Assembly (NCBI GenBank): GCA_002688875.1
Contig: NZDU01000040.1
Coordinates: 1-55,947, forward strand
Direction of reading: 5' to 3'
From: Candidatus Pacearchaeota archaeon
Lineage (GTDB): Archaea > Nanobdellota > Nanobdellia > Pacearchaeales > GW2011-AR1
Length of the DNA stretch: 55,947 bases
The position numbers and the translations under genes are program-made. How positions within the stretch are numbered: position 1 is the first letter of the stretch; every line of letters begins with the position of its first letter. Positions 36,221 to 45,402 of this stretch are shown here, in pieces. The notes under the pieces are model-generated. The model had not been told where the DNA came from. It worked only from the letters and a program-made list of their open reading frames with translations, and did not search any database.

Positions 36221-36846
36221 TTGTTGTTTATGAAGGTAAATGAGGATATTGCTGAATTAATGGGTATTATCTTGGGAGATGGGAACATATATGTTGATGA
36301 ATCTAATGGCCATTATCAATTAAGAATCACCGGGCATTTATCTAATGATAAAGATTATCATGAAAAATTTATTAAAGATTTATTTTGGAGGATTTTTAAA
36401 AAAGAATTGAAAGTTAAATGTTATGAGAATAGAAGGGTCTTGTATTATTATGGAAAGGAAATTATTTGTGAGTTGTTGAAATTAGGTTTGGTATCTGGGA
36501 ATAAATTGAAAAATAATATTAACATTCCGACTTGGATTTTTTCTAATAAGGAATATATGAAATCTTGTTTAAGAGGATTAATTGATACTGATGGAAGTGT
36601 TTTTCCTAAATCCACAATAAAAATTTCCTTCAAATAGAGATTTGTTGCGGAATCCCTGCCTTGGGGGAGTCTATTTCTAAATTGTTTTTATCTCTTGATC
36701 TGAAATCTAGTAGATGGAGTAGAGGGAGTAATACTCCGAATTGTGGTTTATATAAAAAAGAAGAAATCTTTAAATACTGTAAATTGGTTGGTTTTAGTAA
36801 TCCTGTAAAGGCGAAAAGATTTAAAGAAATCCAAATGCCCTGGTAG
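36221..36846 (+). pseudogene. LAGLIDADG homing endonuclease-like gene split by a frameshift
   Basis: Motifs LMGIILGDGNI and LRGLIDTDGSV lie in ORF 36221..36637. The C-terminal part continues in another frame (36661..36846), with the frame change near the A-run at ~36620-36640. The 3' end overlaps tRNA-Asp by 10 nt. Confidence 0.6.
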
Positions 36847-36945
36847 TGTAGCCCGGTCTAGCACATATTTTTTCAGAATGCGTTCTGAGAGATGTGAGGC
36901 CCTGTCGAGGCTATAACCCGAGTTCAAATCTCGGCCAGGGCGCCA
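36837..36945 (+). tRNA. tRNA-Asp (GUC) with ~31-nt non-canonical intron near position 27/28; CCA encoded
   Basis: Acceptor GCCCTGG/CCAGGGC followed by G and CCA. D-arm GTGT-AGCCCGGTCTA-GCAC. T-arm CCGAG-TTCAAAT-CTCGG. Anticodon loop CTGTCGA (GTC at 36904-36906). Removing ~36867-36897 yields stem TGGCC/GGCTA. Confidence 0.7.
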
Positions 36946-36992
36946 TAATCTTTTTATATGTTTGCTTATTCTTAAATTGAGGAGGTTATAAC

Positions 36993-37610
36993 ATGGAAGA
37001 AAATAAAACTAATGAAAACCAAACTGAGAATAGAAATCAAGAGATTTTTGGTTCTAATGAACCTAAGAAAGAAGAGTCTTTTACTATGAAAAAAGCTACT
37101 TTGTGGAAAATATCCACATTGGTGTTTGCTATATTATTGGCGGTTTCCTGGTATACCGGAGGATCTAATTTTGATGGTGGAAATGAAATTACTGGTGGGA
37201 CTGTTATTAATACAGGAGATCAACCTTCCTTAGTGGAAGATTGGAGTATATTTGAAAATGATATCCCTTCAAGTATAAAATCTAAAATATCAGATTTTAC
37301 CACTGAAAATCCGGTTAATAGTGCAGAGGGCATTTCAGAGTTTAAGAGTTATGATTTAATCCCGAATACTTTGATTGTGTTTTATGAGCCTGAGTGCGGA
37401 TGGTGTAAAAGATATTATCCTGTCTTGATTGAAGCTGAGAAAAAGTATCCGGAAATTGATATTTATGTTCCTAGATTAACGGAAAATAGGGATATTGCGA
37501 GTAAATATGGGATTACTGGAACTCCTTCAAATGTAATTAATGGGAAGTATGCTGTTGGAGGATACATGCCTTTGGAAGGTTTATCTGAAGTTTTGGATAG
37601 CCTAAATTAA
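36993..37610 (+). CDS. Membrane-anchored thioredoxin-fold thiol:disulfide oxidoreductase
   Basis: N-terminal TM segment and a CGWC active-site motif (YEPECGWCKRYYP). Confidence 0.7.
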   Translation: MEENKTNENQTENRNQEIFGSNEPKKEESFTMKKATLWKISTLVFAILLAVSWYTGGSNFDGGNEITGGTVINTGDQPSLVEDWSIFENDIPSSIKSKISDFTTENPVNSAEGISEFKSYDLIPNTLIVFYEPECGWCKRYYPVLIEAEKKYPEIDIYVPRLTENRDIASKYGITGTPSNVINGKYAVGGYMPLEGLSEVLDSLN

Positions 37611-37646
37611 AGAACCTTTTAGAAGGTTCTTATTTTTCTTTTTTTT
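37611..37646 (+). terminator. Hairpin + T-run terminator
   Basis: AGAACCTT-TTAG-AAGGTTCT followed by TATTTTTCTTTTTTTT. Confidence 0.5.
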
Positions 37647-37796
37647 ACATATATTCAAATTAGGGAAACTATTCCGAGCTATATAAAGAGGAAATCCTAT
37701 AATGTTTATTTTGAGGATAGTGTTATATTCGTTGTTAATATTTGGGACTTGATTTTTTTAAATAAATTTAAATATGATAAATCATTTTGAAAGAAT

Positions 37797-38654
37797 ATGA
37801 AGATTTATGCTCGGGCTCCGGTTAGGATAGATTTTGGAGGGGGAACTACAGATATTTTTCCCTTCACAGAGAATTATGAGGGCGTGGTTTTAAATGCAGG
37901 TATTAATCGCTATGTGCATGGGAGTTTAATTGCTTTGCCGAATGAGACCAAATTGGAGTACCATGCAGATATCCCCACTAGTTCGGGATTGGGGACGAGT
38001 GGGGTTATGAATGTAGTATGGTTAGCGTTGGTGAATCATTTTACAGACTTGAAGAATAAATCCCGCATAGCAGAGTTAGCGTACGATATAGAGAGGGCTA
38101 TGGATGTAGTTGGAGGAAAACAGGATCAATATGCGGCTGCCTTGGGTGGTATTAATTTTCTTAAGTTTAAATATAAAAAACCACCTAAAATAGAACAGAT
38201 AAAACTGCGCCCCAAGATCTTGAAAGAGTTTGAGAGTAGATTGTTTTTGTATTATACAGGTCCTAGACTTTCGAGTAGCGTGAATGCTGTGGTCTTGAAT
38301 CGAATTAAGAAGAAAGAGAAACGAGTTATTTATACTTTAAATAGGATTGCTAAAAATGCTAGGCTAATGAGAGATGCTTTAAAGAAAGAACATTTGTATG
38401 ATTTTGCTAACTATTTAAATCATGAATGGGTGTTGAGGAAGAATTTACATCCAAGGATTACGACTAAGAAAATAGAAGATACCATTAAGTTTGCGAAGAA
38501 AAATGGGGCTCTGGCTGCTAAAGTGTGTGGAGCCGGGGGTGGAGGTTGTATTTTGTTCTATAGTGATTGTAAGCGAAAGTTAATGGAAAAGCTTAAAAAG
38601 AATATCATTGACTTTAAATTTGATACTGAAGGATTAAAAATCTGGAAAAAATAA
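37797..38654 (+). CDS. GHMP-family sugar kinase (HddA/fucokinase-like)
   Basis: Contains RIDFGGGTTD, PTSSGLGTSG, GGKQDQY and CGAGGGG motifs. Confidence 0.8.
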   Translation: MKIYARAPVRIDFGGGTTDIFPFTENYEGVVLNAGINRYVHGSLIALPNETKLEYHADIPTSSGLGTSGVMNVVWLALVNHFTDLKNKSRIAELAYDIERAMDVVGGKQDQYAAALGGINFLKFKYKKPPKIEQIKLRPKILKEFESRLFLYYTGPRLSSSVNAVVLNRIKKKEKRVIYTLNRIAKNARLMRDALKKEHLYDFANYLNHEWVLRKNLHPRITTKKIEDTIKFAKKNGALAAKVCGAGGGGCILFYSDCKRKLMEKLKKNIIDFKFDTEGLKIWKK

Positions 38655-38659
38655 TCAAA

Positions 38660-40879
38660 TTGGGGGAGATTACAACGGATAAATCTAATGTTCTGTATAT
38701 TTCTAGTTTTCCACCTAGAGAGTGCGGTATAGCGACTTTTTGTAAAGATTTGACTAATGCGATGGATAAAAAATTTAATCCAAGTTTGAAGTCTAACATT
38801 TTGGCCTTAAATGATCCTGGTGGAATTTATAATTATGGTAAAAGTGTGGTGATGCAGCTAGATGAGGATGATATTGAGCAGTATGTGGATGTGGCTGAGA
38901 AGATAAATAAAAGTGAGGACATTAAGCTAATTAATATTCAACACGAGTTTGGAATCTTTGGCGGTGAGGGAGGGGAGTTTTTAATTCCGTTTTTGGAGAA
39001 GCTGGAGAAGCCAATTGTGATTACGTTTCATAGTGTGTTGCCTAAGCCGGATAAGAAGAGATTGAAGATTGTGCAGGGTATTTGTAAACGATGTCATGCG
39101 ATTATTGTGATGACGGAGAGTGCGATAAAGATTTTGTATGAGGATTATGGGGTGGAGAAGAGTAAATTGCATGCAGTCCATCATGGGGTGCCGTATGTGG
39201 AGTTCTTAAAAGACAATTCTAAATTAAAAGAATTACATAATTTGAAAAACAGAAAAGTGATTTCGACTTTTGGTTTGATTAATCGGGGGAAGGGAATTGA
39301 GTATGTGATTAAAGCACTTCCTGCGCTGGTTGATAAACATCCAGAGTTGCTGTATCTGATTATTGGAGAAACACATCCGAATGTAAGGAAAGAGGAAGGG
39401 GAGAGTTATAGGAAAGAATTGATTAATTTGATTAATGAGTTGGGGTTGAGAAGGAATGTTAAGTTTTATAATAAATATTTGACTTTGCAAGAGATTATTA
39501 CTTATCTGAAAGCGAGTGATATTTATGTCTATTCAGCCTTGGATACTAATCAGACTTCTTCTGGGACACTGGCGTATGCTTTGGGGGCAGGGAGGGCGGT
39601 TATAGCGACTCCGACTTTTTATGCTCAGGATATGCTGAAAAATAAAAAAGGTGTGATTGTGGAATTAAAAAGTGTGGAAAGCATGCAGCAAGCGTTGAGT
39701 GGTATTTTGGGTAGTAAGAAATTGAAGGAAAGTTTAGAAAGGAATGCATATAAATTTAGTAGACGGATGTTGTGGGAAAATGTGGCTAGAAAATATTTGG
39801 AAATTTTTAGAAACGTTGTGGATGTGAGTGAAACTCTAGGGATGTATAAATTACCAAGATTGAAATTGAATCATTTAATGACCATGAGTGATGATACAGG
39901 GATTATACAGCATGCTAAACATTTGCTTCCGAATAGATTTACGGGATATTGTCTGGATGATAATGCAAGAGCTTTAATCGTGGCTTGTGGATACTATAGT
40001 AAAATTAAAAAGGGGGAAAAGATTTTGGGCTTAATAAATACTTATTTGGGATTTTTACACTATGCTCAAACTGGAGAAGGTTATTTTCAGGACTTTATGA
40101 ATTATGAGAAAAAATTTGAATGGAAGAAGGGTAGTGAGGATAGTTTTGGGAGAGTGTTGTGGAGTCTGGGTTATTTGTTGCAAAGTGGGATTCATGAAAA
40201 TTTAAGAGCAAGTGCTAAGTTTATTTTTGATAAAGCGATTGGAAATGTGAGAGGATTAAAAAGCTTGAGAGGATGGGCTTTTAGTTTGATTGGTTTGTGT
40301 TATTATTATAAGGTTTATAAAAATAAGGATATTTTGGAGAAGATTAGAATGTTGGCAGATAGGATTGTGAGTGATTATGGAAGTTATAGCAGTGATGAGT
40401 GGAAATGGTTTGAAAAGAAGGTGACTTATTCTAATGGTAAATTACCAGAAGCGTTGTTTTTGGCTTATGAAGTGAGTAAGGATAAAAAATATTTGGAAGT
40501 AGCGGAGGAAAGTTTGGAATTTTTGAGTAGTTTAGTTATTCTGGATAATCGATTAGTGCTTATTGGGCAGAAAGGATGGTTTATTGAAGGGGGGAAGAGA
40601 GCGTATTATGATCAGCAACCAGTGGATGCGTGTAGTATGGTGTGTGCTTATGTGAGTGCTTATAGGATTACGGAGAAGAAGGAATATTATGAAAAAGCAT
40701 TTTTGGCTTTTAGCTGGTATTTGGGAAATAATTCTTTGAATCAGACTATTTATGATGAGGTAAGTGGGGGATGCTATGATGGGCTATTGCCGAGATGTGT
40801 GAATTTAAATCAAGGGAGTGAGAGTACTATTAGCTATCTGCTTTCGAGATTAGAGTTGGAGAATTTTAGGAAAAATTGA
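38660..40879 (+). CDS. GT4 glycosyltransferase fused to a ~350-aa C-terminal helical (six-hairpin-like) domain
   Basis: N-terminal ISSFPPRECGIATF and a GT4-type core (ETHPN...E.....SGTLAYALGAGRAVIATP). The function of the C-terminal half is unrecognised. TTG start. Confidence 0.7.
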   Translation: MGEITTDKSNVLYISSFPPRECGIATFCKDLTNAMDKKFNPSLKSNILALNDPGGIYNYGKSVVMQLDEDDIEQYVDVAEKINKSEDIKLINIQHEFGIFGGEGGEFLIPFLEKLEKPIVITFHSVLPKPDKKRLKIVQGICKRCHAIIVMTESAIKILYEDYGVEKSKLHAVHHGVPYVEFLKDNSKLKELHNLKNRKVISTFGLINRGKGIEYVIKALPALVDKHPELLYLIIGETHPNVRKEEGESYRKELINLINELGLRRNVKFYNKYLTLQEIITYLKASDIYVYSALDTNQTSSGTLAYALGAGRAVIATPTFYAQDMLKNKKGVIVELKSVESMQQALSGILGSKKLKESLERNAYKFSRRMLWENVARKYLEIFRNVVDVSETLGMYKLPRLKLNHLMTMSDDTGIIQHAKHLLPNRFTGYCLDDNARALIVACGYYSKIKKGEKILGLINTYLGFLHYAQTGEGYFQDFMNYEKKFEWKKGSEDSFGRVLWSLGYLLQSGIHENLRASAKFIFDKAIGNVRGLKSLRGWAFSLIGLCYYYKVYKNKDILEKIRMLADRIVSDYGSYSSDEWKWFEKKVTYSNGKLPEALFLAYEVSKDKKYLEVAEESLEFLSSLVILDNRLVLIGQKGWFIEGGKRAYYDQQPVDACSMVCAYVSAYRITEKKEYYEKAFLAFSWYLGNNSLNQTIYDEVSGGCYDGLLPRCVNLNQGSESTISYLLSRLELENFRKN

Positions 40880-41470
40880 TTTAAAAAGTTCTTGCATATT
40901 TTTTTGAGTTCTTTTTGAAAGTTGTTTTTCTTTTGGAGCTTGCCAATTAATAACGTATTTCATCCAATTATTTTTATCTAATTTTTTTGCATGTATTCCA
41001 AAAAATATGTGGATTTCTTTGTTGGTTACATGTTTTTGATTTTGATTATAAACAATCAAATGGGGTATTTCATTGAGATATTTTCTTCCCACATACATGT
41101 AAGCGAGTATTGAATGGTGACCATCAAATAAGACCCAGTTATTGTTTTTTGTTTTTATTAGTTTGATGTTGGGCAATTTATTTTGTGAGGTTATTTCTTT
41201 ACCATTTTTTATCTGATTAATCATATTTTTAATCTGTGGGGTATCTCTAATTCCGGTATCATCATGCAAATTTATAATCTCGCTTAATTTAATCTTTTTA
41301 TTGATTTTTTTGGTTTTCAATTTTAATCCTTGGAAATATTTTTTTTCAAAGAGGTTAAGGGTTTTATAGATATCAATTTTCTTATTTGTAATGAAGATGG
41401 TTGAGGTTGTTGTATTTATAAAATTATTATTTTTATTGGGATAAAATAATCTTATGGTTCTATAGTTCAT
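40850..41470 (-). CDS. ParB/sulfiredoxin-like nuclease-domain protein
   Basis: VLFDGHHSILAYMYVGRKYLNEIP matches the ParB N-domain DGHHR-type motif. Start moved to MNYRTIRLF (cat 41468-41470) to leave a divergent promoter region. Confidence 0.5.
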   Translation of the reverse strand: MNYRTIRLFYPNKNNNFINTTTSTIFITNKKIDIYKTLNLFEKKYFQGLKLKTKKINKKIKLSEIINLHDDTGIRDTPQIKNMINQIKNGKEITSQNKLPNIKLIKTKNNNWVLFDGHHSILAYMYVGRKYLNEIPHLIVYNQNQKHVTNKEIHIFFGIHAKKLDKNNWMKYVINWQAPKEKQLSKRTQKNMQELFKSIFPKILQL

Positions 41471-41573
41471 ATTTATTTTAAATAAAAGACCATTATATAA
41501 AGAGGGAGGTTCTTGTGTTTTTAGATTTAAAGATTTGAAAAGATTTAAATAAAACATAATTCTTAGAGTATAT

Positions 41574-42647
41574 ATGTTGAGTATTAAAAAAGAAGGTGTT
41601 TTAGTTAGTTCTGAGGATTTTGAACCGAGTACTCGGGGATTTGAAGTAGTGGGAGCTTTTAATCCTGGGGTGGCTGAGTTAAAGAATGGGAAGATTGTGT
41701 TGTATGTGAGAATAGCGGAAAAACCGGTTAAGATCTGGAGAGAAAATGAAATAAGTGCTCCGAGGTTTGTATCTAATAAAAAGTTTAGATTAAAATTAGA
41801 TAAATTCAGAAGGAATGAATTAAGAAGTATTCATTCTCCTTATGGATTTCATCATAAGGATGGAAGGGTAAGATTGGTTAATATTTCTCATCTAAGAAGA
41901 GTTTTTTTGGATAAAAGTGGATTTTCTGTAGAGAAAATAGAACAAAAACCGGCTTTTTATGGGACTGTGGATGATGGAGAATTGGGAATAGAAGATCCCT
42001 GCATTACGCGGATGGGAAATAAATATATTATGACTTATGTGGCTTTATCTAGATCCAATGGCATTTCCACGAGTTATGCTGTTTCTAATGATGGGATTAA
42101 ATGGCATAAGAGGGGGATTATTTTTAGGCATCAAAATAAGGATGTGGTGTTATTTCCGGAAAAGGTAAGGGGTAGGTATGTAGCCTTTAATCGGCCGGAA
42201 GGGAATCTGAATTTTTCTTTGCCACATATGTGGATTTCCTATTCTCGGGATTTGGAGTATTGGGGTGATGATGAAACTGTGTTATTGTCTCAAAGAGGCT
42301 GGGATTCTATAAGGGCGGGTGCAGGTGCAGCTCCAATAAAAACTAAAAAAGGATGGTTGGAATTTTATCATGGGGTGAGGAAAACTAAACATGAAAAACA
42401 ATATTGTGTAGGTGTGGCTTTGTTTGATTTAAAAAATCCAAGTAAGTTAATTGCTAAGTCGCATGAGCCGTTTATTGTTCCTACGATGAAAGAAGAGAAG
42501 AAGGGATTTGTACATGATGTGGTGTTTCCGACAGGGGCAATTTTAAATAAGAAAAGTATTTTATTGTACTCTGGAGGTGCAGATAGGGTTGTTATTTGTA
42601 GAGAAATTGAATTGGAGGAAATATTTAAGTATTTAAAAAAGAGATGA
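41574..42647 (+). CDS. GH130/DUF377-like glycosidase or mannoside phosphorylase
   Basis: GAFNPGVAELKNGKIVLYVRIAE, EDPCITRMGNKYIMTYVA and AFNRPEG patterns. Confidence 0.7.
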   Translation: MLSIKKEGVLVSSEDFEPSTRGFEVVGAFNPGVAELKNGKIVLYVRIAEKPVKIWRENEISAPRFVSNKKFRLKLDKFRRNELRSIHSPYGFHHKDGRVRLVNISHLRRVFLDKSGFSVEKIEQKPAFYGTVDDGELGIEDPCITRMGNKYIMTYVALSRSNGISTSYAVSNDGIKWHKRGIIFRHQNKDVVLFPEKVRGRYVAFNRPEGNLNFSLPHMWISYSRDLEYWGDDETVLLSQRGWDSIRAGAGAAPIKTKKGWLEFYHGVRKTKHEKQYCVGVALFDLKNPSKLIAKSHEPFIVPTMKEEKKGFVHDVVFPTGAILNKKSILLYSGGADRVVICREIELEEIFKYLKKR

Positions 42648-43627
42648 AAGTTGCGATTAATGGATTTGGAAGGATTGGAAGGACTGTGTTTAAAATTGGT
42701 TTGCAAAGAGGAGTGAATATTGTGGCTATTAATGATGTGCATGGTCCGAAAGATGCGGCTTATTTGTTGAAATATGACTCTGTTTATGGGGTTTATGATA
42801 AAGAGGTTAAAGTAGGGAAGGATTGCATTATAGTTGGGAGTAGAAGGATAAAAGTCCTACAAGAAAGAGACCCTAAGAAGTTACCTTGGAGGAAGAGAGG
42901 TGTGGATTGCGTGGTTGAGTCTACCGGGGTGTTTACAGATAGGAAGGGTGCGAGTTTACACCTGCAGGCCGGGGCTAAGAAGGTGTTGATAAGTGCGCCG
43001 GGTAAACATATGGATCTTACTATTGTGCCAGGTGCAAATTCTGATAAATTAATGAAGAAGCATAAAATTATTTCTGTGGCTTCGTGTACGACAAATTGTT
43101 TGGCCCCTGTGGCTAAAATATTAAATGATAAATTTGGGATTGAGAAAGCTTTGATGACAACCGTGCATGCGTATACTAATTCCCAAGCTTTGCATGATGG
43201 TTCAGCTGAGAAACCTCGAAGAGGAAGAGCGGCTGCTGCTAATATTGTGCCAACTACTACTGGTGCTACAAAGGCCGTTATTGAAGTTCTGCCAGAGTTA
43301 AAAGGAAAGTTAGATGGGTTGGCTATGAGAGTTCCTGTAGTGACTGGTTCTATTGTGGATTTGACTGCTAAGCTGAAGAAAAGTTTTAATGTGGATTTGA
43401 TTAATAAAGAGTTTAAGAGGGCTGCTGAGGGGGATTATAATGGGATTGTGGATTATACTGAGGAAGAATTAGTTTCTAGTGATACTATTAAGAACCCATA
43501 TTCGGCCATTGTTTCTGGGATTGATACTCAGAAAGTGGGAGATTTGGTTAAAATTTTAGCCTGGTATGATAATGAATGGGGTTATAGTAATAGGATGGTT
43601 GATGTTATTAAAATGTTGAGAGGTTAA
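42644..43627 (+). CDS. gap: Glyceraldehyde-3-phosphate dehydrogenase, class I (bacterial/eukaryal type)
   Basis: INGFGRIGR and ASCTTNCLAP active-site motifs, plus WYDNEWGYS. Confidence 0.92.
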   Translation: MKVAINGFGRIGRTVFKIGLQRGVNIVAINDVHGPKDAAYLLKYDSVYGVYDKEVKVGKDCIIVGSRRIKVLQERDPKKLPWRKRGVDCVVESTGVFTDRKGASLHLQAGAKKVLISAPGKHMDLTIVPGANSDKLMKKHKIISVASCTTNCLAPVAKILNDKFGIEKALMTTVHAYTNSQALHDGSAEKPRRGRAAAANIVPTTTGATKAVIEVLPELKGKLDGLAMRVPVVTGSIVDLTAKLKKSFNVDLINKEFKRAAEGDYNGIVDYTEEELVSSDTIKNPYSAIVSGIDTQKVGDLVKILAWYDNEWGYSNRMVDVIKMLRG

Positions 43628-43628
43628 A

Positions 43629-43739
43629 ATGGCTAAGAAAAAAGAATCTAAATTTATAACTTGGCTTACGATTGTATTAAGTATTATTGGGATAGTTGCT
43701 TTGGTTTTGATGGCTTTGAAAGTGATTGGAATCATATAA
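43629..43739 (+). CDS. Possible 36-aa single-TM peptide
   Basis: Hand translation: MAKKKESKFITWLTIVLSIIGIVALVLMALKVIGII. Confidence 0.3.
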   Translation: MAKKKESKFITWLTIVLSIIGIVALVLMALKVIGII

Positions 43740-43740
43740 A

Positions 43741-43917
43741 ATGAATGAAAGAGATGCTTTGATTCTTTTAGATTTGGTCTTGTTATTGATGGCAATGGGT
43801 TGGATGTTGGTTGCTTTATGGAGAGGGGTGGTGAATATTGAATTATTTTATAATTACACTTATATTGTATTAATGCTTTTTGCTATGGTATTAAATGTGA
43901 GAATGTTAAAAAAATGA
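43741..43917 (+). CDS. Small two-TM membrane protein
   Basis: Track ORF trimmed to ATG 43741 (MNERDALILLDL). ATGA overlap with pgk. Confidence 0.35.
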   Translation: MNERDALILLDLVLLLMAMGWMLVALWRGVVNIELFYNYTYIVLMLFAMVLNVRMLKK

Positions 43918-45008
43918 AGACCTTAGATAGTTTTAATTTTAAAGGTAAGACAGTTTTAGCGAGGTGTGATTTGGATTCTCCTGTTGTTAAGGGTAAAGTT
44001 TTGATGAATGAAAGGCTGAAAGGTAATTTTAAAACTTTGAAAGAGTTGAAAAATAAAAAAGCTAAAGTTGTGGTAATTGGACATCAGGGGAGACCTGGGC
44101 AAAGTGATTTTACTTCTTTAAAACAGCATGCTAAGTTGTTAAAAATTAAGTTTGTTCCAGATATCATTGGAAAGAAAGCTTTAGAAGAGATTGAGAAATT
44201 AAAGGATGGAGAGGTTTTAATGTTAGAGAATGTTCGAAAGTTGAAGGATGAATTTAAAGGTAATAGTAATAATAACCTAGTGAAGAAATTAAAAGAGAAA
44301 TGTGAGGTTTATGTAAATGATGCTTTTTCAGTGTGTCATCGGAAACATACTAGTGTTGTAGGGTTTCCAAAAGTAATGAGAAAATGTATGGGGAGGAGTT
44401 TGGAGAAAGAGTTGAAAGCTTTAAAGAAATTAAAAAAAGTAAAGGGTTTGTATATTTTAGCCGGGACTAAGCCTAAGGATAATATTAATTTGTTAAAAGG
44501 TCAGAAGGTGTTGAGTTGTGGAATTTTTGGGCAATTGTGTTTAATTGCTAAAGGATTTAAATTTGGAGCTCAGAATAAATTCTTAAGAAAGAAAATTGGA
44601 ATTGTTAAAAAGAGTAAATTAAGGAATATTTTGACCCCCATAGATTTTGGTGTAAAAGTGGATGGAAAGAGGAAGGAATTGAAATTAGAAGATTTTCCAA
44701 GTAAATATGAGATTTATGATATTGGAGAAGAAACTATAAAAAAATATGTTAGTGAAATTAAGAAAGCTAAAACTGTGTTTATGAAAGGAACAGCAGGTTA
44801 TTGTGAAGATAAAAAATTTTGTAAAGGAACCGAAGAAATATTGAAAGCTGTAAGTAAATGTAAATTTTCAGTTGTGGGAGGAGGTCATTTGAGTGAGGCT
44901 GTAAGTAAATTAAAAATCAAGGGAATAAATCATGTGAGTTTGAGTGGGGGAACTTTATTGGAATATGTTTCTGGGAAAAAGTTAGTTGGTGTTGAGGCTT
45001 TGAACTAA
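43914..45008 (+). CDS. pgk: Phosphoglycerate kinase
   Basis: RCDLDSP and VVVIGHQGRPG motifs. The 364-aa length is short for PGK. Confidence 0.88.
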   Translation: MKTLDSFNFKGKTVLARCDLDSPVVKGKVLMNERLKGNFKTLKELKNKKAKVVVIGHQGRPGQSDFTSLKQHAKLLKIKFVPDIIGKKALEEIEKLKDGEVLMLENVRKLKDEFKGNSNNNLVKKLKEKCEVYVNDAFSVCHRKHTSVVGFPKVMRKCMGRSLEKELKALKKLKKVKGLYILAGTKPKDNINLLKGQKVLSCGIFGQLCLIAKGFKFGAQNKFLRKKIGIVKKSKLRNILTPIDFGVKVDGKRKELKLEDFPSKYEIYDIGEETIKKYVSEIKKAKTVFMKGTAGYCEDKKFCKGTEEILKAVSKCKFSVVGGGHLSEAVSKLKIKGINHVSLSGGTLLEYVSGKKLVGVEALN

Positions 45009-45343
45009 ACTCGACCGTACTTATCTTCTAATTTGACTTCATCTTTTTCATCGAAAATGCCGAAAGAAATCTCTAAGACTTTAACGATTTTATTATAAGC
45101 ACCCAACCTATGTTTTTTCTTAACAGGAATATTAAATTCATCTCCTTTTTTTCCTCTAAGAGTTTTGTTTCCAATTACAATTTTGGCAGGTCCTTCTAAG
45201 ACTTTCCAGAATTCTCTTCTTTTTTTATGATATTGCAAACTTAAAACTTGTTTGGGTTTAACTATTAAGATTTTAACTGTAGATTTCTCATTTAAAGTGA
45301 ATTGTTTAAATTCACCCCAGGGTCTTTTTACTGTTTTTGCCAT
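45005..45343 (-). CDS. Cupin-domain protein (type II phosphomannose isomerase-like)
   Basis: KRPWGEF...LSLQYHKKRREFW...G....IP...HRL pattern. Confidence 0.7.
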   Translation of the reverse strand: MAKTVKRPWGEFKQFTLNEKSTVKILIVKPKQVLSLQYHKKRREFWKVLEGPAKIVIGNKTLRGKKGDEFNIPVKKKHRLGAYNKIVKVLEISFGIFDEKDEVKLEDKYGRV

Positions 45344-45402
45344 ATAAGTTGAATAATTTTATATATTATAAAAACCTTATGTTCTAAAAAAGAGGATAAT
45401 AT

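Noticed and set aside
41471-41557. N-terminal 29 codons of the ParB-like ORF
   Set aside because: They would leave only 16 nt for two divergent promoters. The internal Met at 41470 leaves a ~100-nt region with TATA-like boxes in both directions.
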